Shown here in pieces: positions 46,071 to 56,551 of a stretch of 62,865 nucleotides of DNA. The DNA is from a virus. Taxonomy: Duplodnaviria > Caudoviricetes. The stretch spans positions 1 through 62,865 of IMG/VR virus record IMGVR_UViG_3300034023_000183, one strand, 5' to 3'. The translations under genes and the position numbers were made by a program. The stretch's first letter is position 1; every line of letters begins with the position of its first letter. The notes under the pieces were generated by a model, which made no database searches, was not told where the DNA came from, and saw only the letters and a program-made list of their open reading frames with translations.

Positions 46071-46892
46071 ATGGCAAAGCAAAGTGTAAGAAAGGTTACA
46101 TCTAAAACGACCACTCAGCCAGCAGCTGCAAAACTTACTCCTCAAGAGCAAAGACAAATAAATTTAGATTGGGAAAAATCAACTGGAACACCAGCTGGTA
46201 GAAGAACTGAAGATATTAACGTAACACAAGATTATTATAATGCTTGGGGTGGAAAAGGTAGTTCTTTATCTACAAATGAATCTCGTGGAGGATGGACTAA
46301 AAGTGGACTTGGAGCTGGAGTATCTAAAGAAGTAGGGACATTACCAATTAAAAAACTACAAACTAATACTGGTGGTAAAGATAAGATTAAAAAATCTACA
46401 TATAGCGTTCCTGTAGAAATTAAGAGACCAAGTAGTGTAGGTGGAAGACTAAAAATTACTGGCAAAAAGGCAGGTGCATCTTTTAATAAAAGAGCTACTA
46501 AAAATGTAGGAACAACAGTTCTTGCAGGAAAAGTAAGAGGAGCTGTTCAAAATGCTAAGTTTAATCGTGAAGAAAAACTTGCTGGGGCATATGAAAGAAG
46601 AAAGGCTGGATTAAGTCAAATGAGTTCTAAAGAAAAGGCAGCTGATTTAAAGGGTCAAAGAAAATATCTTAGATCTTCAGAAATGAAAAATACTGTAGGT
46701 CTGGATAGAAAAACTCTTTCTGGAGCTAAAAAAGACCTTAGACAAGCTGAAAAATATGTTAAAAAAGAAGCAAAGGGTAAAGTTAAATATTTTACACAAG
46801 AGGCTTTAAATAAAAAGCAAGAATTAACAGCTGCTGAAATGAAGAAAAGAAAGTCTACAAATCAAGCTGGAAAGACTAGATATAGCTCTTAA
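46071..46892 (+). CDS. Lys-rich hypothetical protein
   Basis: 273-aa basic ORF; TAAATTTG box at 46026-46033. Confidence 0.5.
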   Translation: MAKQSVRKVTSKTTTQPAAAKLTPQEQRQINLDWEKSTGTPAGRRTEDINVTQDYYNAWGGKGSSLSTNESRGGWTKSGLGAGVSKEVGTLPIKKLQTNTGGKDKIKKSTYSVPVEIKRPSSVGGRLKITGKKAGASFNKRATKNVGTTVLAGKVRGAVQNAKFNREEKLAGAYERRKAGLSQMSSKEKAADLKGQRKYLRSSEMKNTVGLDRKTLSGAKKDLRQAEKYVKKEAKGKVKYFTQEALNKKQELTAAEMKKRKSTNQAGKTRYSS

Positions 46893-46911
46893 TAAAAAAA
46901 AAATAAAAAAA

Positions 46912-46944
46912 AATAGCTCATCATTTGGTGGGTTATTTTTTTTT
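46912..46944 (+). terminator. Intrinsic terminator
   Basis: AATAGCTCATC/GGTGGGTTATT hairpin plus T run. Confidence 0.55.
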
Positions 46945-46977
46945 ATATATATTGCAACCATAAACAAATCAAATATT

Positions 46978-47325
46978 ATGAAGAAAACAATTTTTACAGC
47001 AATGATGCTCATCGGGATGATGGGATCTGCACAGACAATCAGCAATCCAGTATTGGTTGATTCTTTATCTATAATAAAAGATAAAGAGTGGTATATGTAT
47101 AAAAATGATCCAAGTGTTATTTTTTATTCCAATACAGATATGACTCAAATAAAAGCTTATTCAACAGCATTAGTAATAAAGCTTATTGGAAAAGATAAAA
47201 AACCAGATAATACACTTTATAATGGAGATTCTGTTATGTATGAATGGTATATTACAGATAAAAAAGTTATCAGACTTATTTTAAATGATATATCTTCATT
47301 AATTGCAATAAGAGAATATGAATAA
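46978..47325 (+). CDS. Signal-peptide protein (moron-like)
   Basis: MKKTIFTAMMLIGMMGSA-Q signal peptide; AT-rich; flanked by terminators. Confidence 0.55.
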   Translation: MKKTIFTAMMLIGMMGSAQTISNPVLVDSLSIIKDKEWYMYKNDPSVIFYSNTDMTQIKAYSTALVIKLIGKDKKPDNTLYNGDSVMYEWYITDKKVIRLILNDISSLIAIREYE

Positions 47326-47343
47326 ATAATCAAAACAAAAATC

Positions 47344-47382
47344 AGCCAGACCCACAAGTCTGGCTTTTTTTATTTATATTTG
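47344..47382 (+). terminator. Terminator followed by TATATTTG promoter
   Basis: AGCCAGAC-N6-GTCTGGCT TTTTTT; -7 box at 47375-47382. Confidence 0.7.
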
Positions 47383-47398
47383 TCAAAAATTAAATCAA

Positions 47399-47641
47399 AT
47401 GTCAAAAATCAAGAACATTCAACCAGAAGGGTTGAGCACAGAAGAATTCGAGAAGTTGTCCGCACTTAACCGTGGATATTCAGAGGCAAAGAGTCGAGTT
47501 GCAGATGCAGCATTATTTCACAAGCGTTCAGTTGATGCATTGGATAAGATTGAGGAGTTGCTCCGAGGTCACCAGAATGAACTTGCTACAAAGTATGGCG
47601 AGGACAAAAGCATTGACATGAAGACAGGAATGTTTGTGTAA
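47399..47641 (+). CDS. Coiled-coil hypothetical protein
   Basis: L..KYG....ID..TG. Confidence 0.5.
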   Translation: MSKIKNIQPEGLSTEEFEKLSALNRGYSEAKSRVADAALFHKRSVDALDKIEELLRGHQNELATKYGEDKSIDMKTGMFV

Positions 47642-47856
47642 TGATTCGCAAGGTATCGGTAGGCGTGGACCTACTAAATGCAATGCACTTTATTGTCGGT
47701 CAGTCTGTTTTAAAGGATAGCCACAAGATAGTAGAGATTAAAGAGATCGAGTCTGGATATCATATAAGAATCCAGAACGAGCTTGGAGAGATTGTATTGT
47801 GGAAATCAATAAACAGATTTGTACCAGTTACGGTTGAGTACGATCTAAACTTCTAA
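47641..47856 (+). CDS. Hypothetical protein of crAss-like head module
   Basis: IRK.S.G.D...AMH..VGQ...WK.....P..VEY. Confidence 0.55.
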   Translation: MIRKVSVGVDLLNAMHFIVGQSVLKDSHKIVEIKEIESGYHIRIQNELGEIVLWKSINRFVPVTVEYDLNF

Positions 47857-47859
47857 TAT

Positions 47860-48438
47860 ATGCGTTCACTAGACTGCTTTATAGTAAAACCTTTAGGCGG
47901 CAAGAGATACAACAACACAGAGGACATAGACGGTAAGGAGTTCATCCTATCGTCGTCACAGGAGGACCACACTGTGACAAATAGAGAGGCTATTGTTGTT
48001 GGCTTGCCGCTAAGAGATTATAACGGACCGATAAGTGTCGGTGATACGGTTGTTGTGCATCACAACATGTTCCGTATATACTACGACATAAAGGGGCGTG
48101 AGCGAAGCAGCTCGAACCATATCATTGAAGATCTTTATACGCTAGAACAGGACATGACGTATTTGTACAAGAGTCCTGGTGGTGACTGGAAGTCTCCAGC
48201 CCCATACTGCTTTGTTGAGCCGATAAGTAAGTCAACAGATAGTAAACTAGAATCTACTGGCAGCTACGAAGATTTGTGGGGCATTCTAGTGTATAAGAAT
48301 GAAGATCAAGAGGAATTGAATTGTGGTGACTTAGTTTCGTTCAAGCCAGACTCAGAGTATGAGTTTAAGATTGGTGGAAAGAAACTATATCGAATGAGAA
48401 CAAATAGCATATGTCTGATAAGCGAGAGCAAATATTAA
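47860..48438 (+). CDS. Tandem GroES-like protein
   Basis: A.VV..P...I.VGD.V.VHHN; second half GD.V.F.PDSEYEF...G..LYRM. Confidence 0.55.
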   Translation: MRSLDCFIVKPLGGKRYNNTEDIDGKEFILSSSQEDHTVTNREAIVVGLPLRDYNGPISVGDTVVVHHNMFRIYYDIKGRERSSSNHIIEDLYTLEQDMTYLYKSPGGDWKSPAPYCFVEPISKSTDSKLESTGSYEDLWGILVYKNEDQEELNCGDLVSFKPDSEYEFKIGGKKLYRMRTNSICLISESKY

Positions 48439-48686
48439 ACGCAGGTCTGAAGGGTGTTGATGAATTAATTAAGGTCCTTGAGTCTCCCATACTGTTGGCT
48501 GGTGATGAGTTATCGGCTGACAAGATGAAGGCGGCAGCTGCGGCTAAGCGTCTAGCATTTGAGGATGCATTGGCAATATATGACCGTGTACAGGCTGAGA
48601 AGAATGCAGACGAGTACAACGAGATAGAGGTTAAGGCTGCTGCAATCCCCGTATCATTTGTTGAATCAAAGGCGAAGACTAAATGA
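48411..48686 (+). CDS. Putative terminase small subunit
   Basis: Helical ORF overlapping terL start. Confidence 0.45.
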   Translation: MSDKREQILNAGLKGVDELIKVLESPILLAGDELSADKMKAAAAAKRLAFEDALAIYDRVQAEKNADEYNEIEVKAAAIPVSFVESKAKTK

Positions 48687-50890
48687 GTCTATACGCCATA
48701 CTCCCAGACCATATATCACCACAAGCCAGAAAGGCTCACAAGTGGGTGTATGGTTATGACGAGAAGTATGACGTTGTTGTTATATCTAAGGATGGTACAA
48801 TTGGTGACATCTATGAGATAAACGGATTGAAGATTGCACTTCCTGCACTTCAAAAGGCTAAACTGCAAGTAGGCAAGAACAGATGGGAGGTGCGTGAGTA
48901 CCCAAAGGAGTTGGGAAAGCTTAAGACTATATTTGAGTGGAACAACCAGTCGAATGAGTTCAAGGTAAAGTGGGTAGACTTCATACAAGAAGAGTTTGAG
49001 AAGCGTGAAGATGGGCACTGGTTTATGAATAGGAATGTTCCTACATACATAACTGGTAGCCACTACATGTATCTTCAATGGTCAAAGATAGATATCGGTC
49101 TACCAGATTTTCGTGAATCAAACAGAATATTCTTTATATTCTGGGAGGCATGTAAGGCTGACGATCGATGTTATGGTATGTGCTATCTAAAGAACCGTCG
49201 TTCTGGTTTCTCTTTTATGTCCTCTTCAGAGACATCTAACATAGGAACTATATCTAAGGATTCAAAGCTTGGCATATTATCTAAGACTGGTGCCGATGCA
49301 AAGGAGATGTTTATTAATAAGGTTGTACCTATTGTTAGAAACTATCCGTTCTTCTTTAAGCCTATACAGGATGGTATGGATAATCCAAAGACAGAGTTGT
49401 CGTTTAGGGTTCCAGCAAAGAAGATCACAAAGAAAAACATGGCTGAGCACGACGATGATGACATCGTTGGACTAGACACTACTATTGACTGGTTAAACAC
49501 AGCAGACAACTCGTATGATGGTCAGAAGTTAATAAACCTAGTACATGACGAGAGTGGTAAATGGTTAACGCCAAACAACATTCTAAGCAACTGGCGTGTA
49601 ACAAAGACATGTCTTCGTTTGGGTAGCCGTATAGTTGGTAAGTGTATGATGGGGTCAACTGTGAACGCACTGGCAAAAGGTGGACAGAACTTCAAGGATC
49701 TTTACATGGACTCCGATCCAAGAAAAAGAAATAACAACGGACAGACTAAGAGTGGTCTTTACTCTTTGTTTATACCTATGGAGTATAACTTGGAGGGGTT
49801 CATTGATGAGTACGGACACTCTGTAATAAATGATCCAGAGAAACCTATCATGGGTATTGACGGACGGTTGATAAAGATAGGTGCCGTTACATACTGGCAG
49901 AACGAGGTTGATGCTTTGAAGTCAGATCCAGATGCATTGAACGAATACTACAGACAGTACCCTAGGACCGAGTCTCACGCATTTAGAGATGAGTCCAAGC
50001 AGTCTTTATTCAACTTGACTAAGATATATCAGCAGATCGACTATAATGACTCTCTGATAAAGGATCGTGTGCTTACACGTGGATACTTCCACTGGAGAGA
50101 TGGCGTGAAGGACTCAACGGTAGTTTGGACACCAGACCCACGTGGTAGATTCATCGTCTCATGGATACCGCCAGAGAAGATGAGAAATAATGTGATTGTG
50201 AAGAACGGTAAAAAATATCCTGGAAATGATGAATACGGAGCTTTTGGTTGTGACCCATATGATATATCTGGAGTCGTTGGTGGAGGTGGATCGAATGGTG
50301 CGCTACATGGTCTTACTACCTTTAGTATGTCGCCCGACGTTCCCTCGAATATGTTTTTCCTTGAGTATATAGCTAGGCCACAGACGGCAGAGATATTCTT
50401 TGAGGACGTACTTATGGCGTGTATATTTTACGGTATGCCTATACTTGCGGAGAACAATAAGCCTAGACTTTTGTATCACTTCAAGAACAGAGGGTATAGG
50501 GGTTATTCGATGAGCCGTCCAGACAAGGCTATTGGTCAGTTGTCGAAGACGGAGCAGGAGCTTGGTGGAATACCGAACACGTCTGAAGACATAAAGCAGG
50601 CACATGCTGCTGGTATTGAGTCGTACATCGAACAGTATGTAGGTCTAGATCAAGAGGGCGAGTACAGAGACTCAGACACCATGGGTAATATGTACTTTGC
50701 ACGTACTCTTGAGGACTGGGCTAGGTACGATATAAATAACCGTACAAAGCACGATGCCTCGATTAGTTCTGGTCTGGCAATTATGGCTACACGTAGACAT
50801 ACATTTAGGACCGAAGTAAAGAAATCAAAAATAAGTGTTAACTTTGCTAGATATAACAACAAGGGCAACAACAGTCAAATCATCAAATGA
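48683..50890 (+). CDS. terL: Terminase large subunit
   Basis: KNRRSGFS Walker A, VHDESGK Walker B, GST, GCDPYD, ENN, HD. Confidence 0.9.
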   Translation: MSLYAILPDHISPQARKAHKWVYGYDEKYDVVVISKDGTIGDIYEINGLKIALPALQKAKLQVGKNRWEVREYPKELGKLKTIFEWNNQSNEFKVKWVDFIQEEFEKREDGHWFMNRNVPTYITGSHYMYLQWSKIDIGLPDFRESNRIFFIFWEACKADDRCYGMCYLKNRRSGFSFMSSSETSNIGTISKDSKLGILSKTGADAKEMFINKVVPIVRNYPFFFKPIQDGMDNPKTELSFRVPAKKITKKNMAEHDDDDIVGLDTTIDWLNTADNSYDGQKLINLVHDESGKWLTPNNILSNWRVTKTCLRLGSRIVGKCMMGSTVNALAKGGQNFKDLYMDSDPRKRNNNGQTKSGLYSLFIPMEYNLEGFIDEYGHSVINDPEKPIMGIDGRLIKIGAVTYWQNEVDALKSDPDALNEYYRQYPRTESHAFRDESKQSLFNLTKIYQQIDYNDSLIKDRVLTRGYFHWRDGVKDSTVVWTPDPRGRFIVSWIPPEKMRNNVIVKNGKKYPGNDEYGAFGCDPYDISGVVGGGGSNGALHGLTTFSMSPDVPSNMFFLEYIARPQTAEIFFEDVLMACIFYGMPILAENNKPRLLYHFKNRGYRGYSMSRPDKAIGQLSKTEQELGGIPNTSEDIKQAHAAGIESYIEQYVGLDQEGEYRDSDTMGNMYFARTLEDWARYDINNRTKHDASISSGLAIMATRRHTFRTEVKKSKISVNFARYNNKGNNSQIIK

Positions 50891-53313
50891 ATAAGCCAGA
50901 GATAATTGTTAAAGCTACGCCCTTTCCAGATCCGCTAGCCACTGATGCAGAAAAGGCTACACCAGAGTATGGACTCCGAGTCGGAAAAGCCATAGAGGGT
51001 GAATGGTTCAAGAGAAAGGGTATGTCTTGCAGATACTACGACCAAGTAGGTGAGTTTCATCGACTTAGATTGTATGCTCGTGGAGAACAGCCAATAGAGA
51101 AGTATAAGAATGAGTTTGTCATCGATGGTGACATGTCTTATCTTAACCTTAACTGGAGTATTGTTCCGATCATACCTAAGTTTGTTGACATCGTTGTCAA
51201 TGGGATGGCTGACCGTATGTATAGTATTCGTGCAGAAGCACAGGACGCAGTATCGGCAGAGAAGAAGAACGTGTTCCAGGACATGATCGAGGCAGACATG
51301 GCGGCAAAGGATTTCTTGTTAAAGACAAAGGAAGAGTTTGGTGTTGATGCATTTAATGTTAAGCCAGAGGAGTTGCCAGAGAATGACGAGGAGATGGAGT
51401 TGTACATGAACTTGAAGTACAAGCCTTCTATCGAAATTGCAGAAGAGATTGCCATTGATACTATATTAAAGATGAGTGACTTTAAACTCATAGAGGAGAT
51501 GATCGACAAGGATCAGACTGAGATTGGTGTATCGTGGGTTAAGCATGAATTTTTAGCTGGTGAAGGTGTACGAGTTGAGTATGTTGACCCAGCGAATATG
51601 ATATGGAGCTATTCAGAGAAGCCAGACTTTTCTGATTCTTTTTACTTCGGTGAAATCAAGCAGCTCCACTACACAGAGATATTGAAGATTGTTCCAGACA
51701 TTACAGATGAGGAGTTAAAGACTATCCGTGACGCTGGGTCTGCTTGGAACAACTACTACCCTATTATTAGAAGATACCAAGATGACATCTTCTTGAGTGA
51801 TGTGGTAAACCTCATCTACTTCAACTACAAGAGTAGCAAGAAGTATGTACACAAGAAGAAGTATCTAAACAATGGTGGTGTCCGAGTGATACCTAAAGAT
51901 GATAGCTTCAATCCTACTGGTGATAATGAGAACTTTGAGAAGTTAGAGTTTTCAAGAGAGGTATGGTATGAGGGTGTTCTAGTTGCAGGTACAAACATTA
52001 TACTCAAGTGGGATTTGATGAAGAACATGGTTCGTCCTAAGTCTGCATCAGAGAAAGCATTGCCTAGTTATGTTGGTTTCGCACCACGTATGTATAAGGG
52101 CAAGATTGACTCACTTGTTAAGCGTATGATTCCATTTGCTGACCAGATTCAATTGATACACTTAAAGCTTCAGCAAGTACAATCTCGCATTATACCAGAT
52201 GGTGTATTTATTGATGCTGACGGATTGAATGAGGTTGACCTTGGACAAGGTGCAGCATACACTCCAGAAGATGCATTGAGATTATATTTCCAGACTGGAT
52301 CTGTTGTCGGTCGTTCTTATACGGGTGATGGAGAATTTAATAACGCTCGTGTTCCAATTCAAGAGTTGGGTGCTAGTAGTGGACAGTCTAAGATTGCTTC
52401 GTTGATTGGAAGCTACAACCACTATCTGAACATGATTAGAGATGTGACGGGGCTCAATGAGGCACGTGACGGATCTATGCCATCTACAGACGCATTGGTT
52501 GGTGTACAAAAGCTAGCAGCATTAAACAGTAACACAGCAACAAGACACATTCTTGAGGCTAAGTTGATGCAGATACGTAGACTTGCTATATGTCTGTCTG
52601 TTCGTATATCTGACATATTGGAGTATGCAGAGTTTAAGAATCAGTTTGCTATGCAAATTGGCAAGTACAACTTGTCTATTCTGCAAGATGTAAAGAATCT
52701 TTACTTGCATGACTTCGGTATCTTCATTGACCTTCTTCCAGATGAGGAAGAGCGTCAGATGTTGGAGAATAACATTGCCATTGCATTGCAGAGAGACAGT
52801 ATCGACCTTGAGGACGCTATTGACATCCGTAACGTGAAGAACATTAAGCTTGCAAATGAGTTGTTAAAGATGAAGCGTAAGCGTAAGTTGAAGGCAATGC
52901 AAGAGCGTGAGGACCAACAGATGCAGATGCAGGGTCAGATCAATGCTCAGTCTCAACAAGCTGCTGCACAAGCTAAGATGGAACAGCTACAGATGGAGGT
53001 TCAAGTTAAGTCTCAGATCAAACAAGCAGAGACTCAGTTGTATATTCAACAGATGCAAGCAGAGGCTCAGATTAAGCTTATGTTGATGCAAGAAGAGTTC
53101 AACTTTAACATGCAGTTGAAGGGGGTTGAGGTTGACGGAATGTCAAAGAGAGACCAAGATAAAGAAAAAGCTAAAGATAAACGAGTAGATCTACAAGCTA
53201 CTAGACAATCAGAACTTATTGAGCAACGTCAAAAACAGTTGCCAGCTAAAAACTTTGAGTCTGAGGAAGACACGCTAGATGGATTTGATTTATCATCATT
53301 CGGACCTAAATAA
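50887..53313 (+). CDS. Portal protein (crAss-like)
   Basis: R.YARGEQ...YK, VPIIPKFVD, IRDVTGLNEARDGS; follows terL. Confidence 0.85.
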   Translation: MNKPEIIVKATPFPDPLATDAEKATPEYGLRVGKAIEGEWFKRKGMSCRYYDQVGEFHRLRLYARGEQPIEKYKNEFVIDGDMSYLNLNWSIVPIIPKFVDIVVNGMADRMYSIRAEAQDAVSAEKKNVFQDMIEADMAAKDFLLKTKEEFGVDAFNVKPEELPENDEEMELYMNLKYKPSIEIAEEIAIDTILKMSDFKLIEEMIDKDQTEIGVSWVKHEFLAGEGVRVEYVDPANMIWSYSEKPDFSDSFYFGEIKQLHYTEILKIVPDITDEELKTIRDAGSAWNNYYPIIRRYQDDIFLSDVVNLIYFNYKSSKKYVHKKKYLNNGGVRVIPKDDSFNPTGDNENFEKLEFSREVWYEGVLVAGTNIILKWDLMKNMVRPKSASEKALPSYVGFAPRMYKGKIDSLVKRMIPFADQIQLIHLKLQQVQSRIIPDGVFIDADGLNEVDLGQGAAYTPEDALRLYFQTGSVVGRSYTGDGEFNNARVPIQELGASSGQSKIASLIGSYNHYLNMIRDVTGLNEARDGSMPSTDALVGVQKLAALNSNTATRHILEAKLMQIRRLAICLSVRISDILEYAEFKNQFAMQIGKYNLSILQDVKNLYLHDFGIFIDLLPDEEERQMLENNIAIALQRDSIDLEDAIDIRNVKNIKLANELLKMKRKRKLKAMQEREDQQMQMQGQINAQSQQAAAQAKMEQLQMEVQVKSQIKQAETQLYIQQMQAEAQIKLMLMQEEFNFNMQLKGVEVDGMSKRDQDKEKAKDKRVDLQATRQSELIEQRQKQLPAKNFESEEDTLDGFDLSSFGPK

Positions 53314-53321
53314 TAAATAAT

Positions 53322-53663
53322 ATGACACCAGGAAAATTTATAGGTATGTTGTTCCAGTCAAGAGACATGATGCACTTGACACACTTGGACACTACATCAT
53401 TTGCAGAACATAAGGCACTTGGGGCTTACTACGATGCAATTTTGGATTTGACAGACTCATTTACTGAGAAGTACTTTGGTCGTAACAAACGAGTAGAGAT
53501 CGTAATCCCAGAATCTAAGAAGATGTCAGCTGTAGAGCACATGAAGGCTATGCAGAAGACTATCGAGGCAGAGCGTGATAACTATCCGTCAGATCTTCAG
53601 AACATCATGGATGAGATGTTAGGTCTTGTAAATAAAACATTGTATTTATTGACGTTGGTATGA
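53322..53663 (+). CDS. Ferritin/Dps-like protein (DUF5856-like)
   Basis: H..H..T.SFAEHKAL..YY...D...E...NI.DE...YLL. Confidence 0.7.
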   Translation: MTPGKFIGMLFQSRDMMHLTHLDTTSFAEHKALGAYYDAILDLTDSFTEKYFGRNKRVEIVIPESKKMSAVEHMKAMQKTIEAERDNYPSDLQNIMDEMLGLVNKTLYLLTLV

Positions 53664-53941
53664 TGAAGGACTCCAGACTTGAAAGAGCTGGAGTTTCTGG
53701 TTATAACAAGCCAAAGAGAACTCCAGGTCATCCTACGAAGTCGCACATAGTTGTGGCTAAGGAGGGAGATAATGTAAAGACCATTCGTTTTGGTCAACAA
53801 GGTGTGTCTGGTTCTCCTAAGAAAGCTGGTGAATCAAAGTCATACAGAGAGCGTAGAGAGTCATTTAAGGCTCGACATGCTGGTAATATTTCCAAAGGAA
53901 AAATGTCTGCCGCTTACTGGGCTGACAAGGTGAAATGGTGA
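53660..53941 (+). CDS. Basic phage protein (DUF6321-like)
   Basis: K.IRFGQ.G...R.SF.ARH...SA.YWA...W. Confidence 0.6.
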   Translation: MMKDSRLERAGVSGYNKPKRTPGHPTKSHIVVAKEGDNVKTIRFGQQGVSGSPKKAGESKSYRERRESFKARHAGNISKGKMSAAYWADKVKW

Positions 53942-53986
53942 TATTACTTTTTTAAGTAATTTTGCAGTAATTTAAATTAAATCAAA

Positions 53987-55066
53987 ATGGAGAATTTTAA
54001 AGTTCGTTCCGTAGACTTTGATCAAAAGTCTGTGGTAGAAGTAGAAAAAGAACTTGTTGAACAGCATGAACAAAAGCTTGCTGAACAACAAGAAGAAGTA
54101 ACACCACAAGTAGAAGTTGAGCCAGAGGTTAAACCTACAGTGGAGATAAAAGACGAAGACGTTCTTTCATATATTGGAAACAGATACAACAAAGAGATTA
54201 AGTCTCTTGATGAACTGTTTGAACAGCGAGAGTCTAATGGGGAGCTTGATCCAGAGATTGCTACATACATGAAGTATAAGCAAGAGACTGGAAGAAGTTA
54301 CGATGACTTTGTCAAGTTGAATCGTGACATTGACAAGGTTGACCAGATGTCTCTATTAGCTGAATACAAGAAGCAAGTAGAAGAACTTGATGATGAGGAT
54401 GTAGCATGGGAGCTATCAAAGTATGAATACGATGAGGACCTAGATGACGAATCGGAGATCAAGGAGAAAAAACTTGCTGTTAAAAAGGAACTGAAGAAGG
54501 CGAAGGAATACTTCGAGAAGCAGAAAGATCAGTATAAAGTACCTCTTGAGTCAAAAGGTAACTCTGTCCCAGATGCAGATCGTGAGGAATACGAAGCTTT
54601 CCGAAAGTATAAACAGTCGGAATCATCACAAGAGGAGGACAATCAGAAGCGGTCTCAGTATTTTGCTGATAAGACAGACTCACTATTCAACGATAAGTTT
54701 GAAGGTTTCAAATATAATGTCGGAGAAGAGAGTTTTGTTTTTAAACCAGCGGAGGCTAATGTTCTTAAGCAGAACCAATCAAACCTAGTGGAGTTTATTC
54801 AGAGCTTTCTAGATGAGAACGGATATCTTAAGGATGCAGAGGATTACCACCGAAGAATAGCGATGGCTATGAATCCAGAGAAGTTTGCTCAGTATTTTTA
54901 CGAGCAGGGTAAGGCTAAGGGTATTGAAGGTATTTCACGAGATAGTAAAAACATTGATATGAGCACTCGTCCAAGTACACAAGTAGCACCAAGCAATACT
55001 GGATTCCAGGTTAGAGCTGTTGATGATGGAACTGACAATATATACAAAATAAAAAGTAAAAAGTAA
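53987..55066 (+). CDS. Putative capsid scaffolding protein
   Basis: Acidic coiled coil, FYEQGK motif, upstream of MCP; TAATTTTG box at 53958-53965. Confidence 0.65.
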   Translation: MENFKVRSVDFDQKSVVEVEKELVEQHEQKLAEQQEEVTPQVEVEPEVKPTVEIKDEDVLSYIGNRYNKEIKSLDELFEQRESNGELDPEIATYMKYKQETGRSYDDFVKLNRDIDKVDQMSLLAEYKKQVEELDDEDVAWELSKYEYDEDLDDESEIKEKKLAVKKELKKAKEYFEKQKDQYKVPLESKGNSVPDADREEYEAFRKYKQSESSQEEDNQKRSQYFADKTDSLFNDKFEGFKYNVGEESFVFKPAEANVLKQNQSNLVEFIQSFLDENGYLKDAEDYHRRIAMAMNPEKFAQYFYEQGKAKGIEGISRDSKNIDMSTRPSTQVAPSNTGFQVRAVDDGTDNIYKIKSKK

Positions 55067-55087
55067 AACAACTAAAACTAAAACAAA

Positions 55088-56485
55088 ATGGCTGGTACAT
55101 TACAATCAAGCCCTACATTCGAACTAAAGCCAAGTTCGGTTAAGGCTACGTTGCAAAGCAACTACATTACTAATTTTGACTTCTTGAATCAATATCTTCC
55201 AGATGTTTATGAGCAAGAATTCGAGCGTTATGGAAACCGCACAATTGCTGGATTCCTTCGTCAACTTGGAGCTGAGATTCCATCTAACTCTGACTTGATT
55301 AAGTGGACTGAGCAAGGTCGTTTGCATACTAAATACATCGCTTGTTCCATTGCTTACGGATCTGGTAACGATACAGCTACATTGACTGTAGCAGATTCTG
55401 GTATTTCTGCATGTAACTTCCGAGTTGGACAGACAGTTTTCTTGTCTTCTAATGTAGCTAATCAATCTGACAAAGCTATCATTACAGCTGTATCTGGATT
55501 GACATTTACTGTAGCTTACTATGCTGCGGCTGGAGGTACTATTACAGATAGCGGTAACAATGACATCACTGCATTCGTTTACGGTTCTGAGTTCAAAAAA
55601 GGAGCTAACGGAATGAACGGATCTCTTGAGGCTGAAGTTAAAATCTTTGACGTTTCTCCTATCATCATCAAAGATAAATTTGCTATCTCTGGATCAGATA
55701 TGGCTCAAATTGGTTGGGTTGAAGTAGAAGGTGATAACGGAATGGGATATCTTTGGTACTTGAAGTCACAACACGAAACTCGTCTACGTTTCGAGGACTA
55801 CCTTGAAATGATGATGGTTGAGCACGTTGAAGCAGAAGCAAACTCTGGTGCTATTGCTGTTACTGGAGACGTAGGTAACAAAGGTACTGAAGGTCTTTTC
55901 ACAGCTGTTGCAAGTCGTGGTAACGTATGGTCTGGTGGTGTTCCATCAACTATGCAAGATTTCGATGATATCTTGAACCGTTTGGACAAGCAAGGATCTA
56001 TCGCTGAAAACACATTGTTCATCAACCGTGACTTCTCTTTGTCTATCGACGATATGTTGGCAGCACAAAACTCTTACGGAGTTGGAGGTACATCTTACGG
56101 TTTGTTTGACAATGACAAAGAGATGGCTCTTAACCTTGGATTCACAGGATTCCGTCGTGGTTCTTATGACTTCTACAAGACTGACTGGAAATACTTGAAC
56201 GATGCAACTCTTCGTGGAGGTATCGTAGGTGGTGTTATCAACGGAATCATGGTTCCTGCTGGCACAATGTCTGTTTACGATCAAGTTATCGGGAAGAACC
56301 TTAAGCGTCCATTCTTGCACGTTCGTTACCGTCAATCTGAAACTGAAAACCGTCGTTACAAGACTTGGATGACAGGTTCAGCTGGTGGAGCACAAACTAG
56401 CGACTTGGATGCAATGGAAGTTCACTTCTTGTCTGAGCGTGCACTTTGTACACTTGGAGCGAACAACTTCTTCATGTTCCAATAA
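55088..56485 (+). CDS. Major capsid protein
   Basis: QYLPD.YE.E.ERYGNR, W.EQGRLH, ALNLGF.GF.RG.YDFYK, SER; highly biased codon usage. Confidence 0.85.
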   Translation: MAGTLQSSPTFELKPSSVKATLQSNYITNFDFLNQYLPDVYEQEFERYGNRTIAGFLRQLGAEIPSNSDLIKWTEQGRLHTKYIACSIAYGSGNDTATLTVADSGISACNFRVGQTVFLSSNVANQSDKAIITAVSGLTFTVAYYAAAGGTITDSGNNDITAFVYGSEFKKGANGMNGSLEAEVKIFDVSPIIIKDKFAISGSDMAQIGWVEVEGDNGMGYLWYLKSQHETRLRFEDYLEMMMVEHVEAEANSGAIAVTGDVGNKGTEGLFTAVASRGNVWSGGVPSTMQDFDDILNRLDKQGSIAENTLFINRDFSLSIDDMLAAQNSYGVGGTSYGLFDNDKEMALNLGFTGFRRGSYDFYKTDWKYLNDATLRGGIVGGVINGIMVPAGTMSVYDQVIGKNLKRPFLHVRYRQSETENRRYKTWMTGSAGGAQTSDLDAMEVHFLSERALCTLGANNFFMFQ

Positions 56486-56501
56486 TAGAATATCAAATAC
56501 T

Positions 56502-56530
56502 GGGGAGGGCTTAGGCTCTCCCCTTATTTT
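56502..56530 (+). terminator. Intrinsic terminator after MCP
   Basis: GGGGAGGGC-TTAG-GCTCTCCCC TTATTTT. Confidence 0.75.
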
Positions 56531-56551
56531 CTTAATTTAAATCTAAATCAA

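Noticed and set aside
48683-50890. Intein or intron in terminase
   Set aside because: Single uninterrupted ORF; no intein or homing-endonuclease motifs seen
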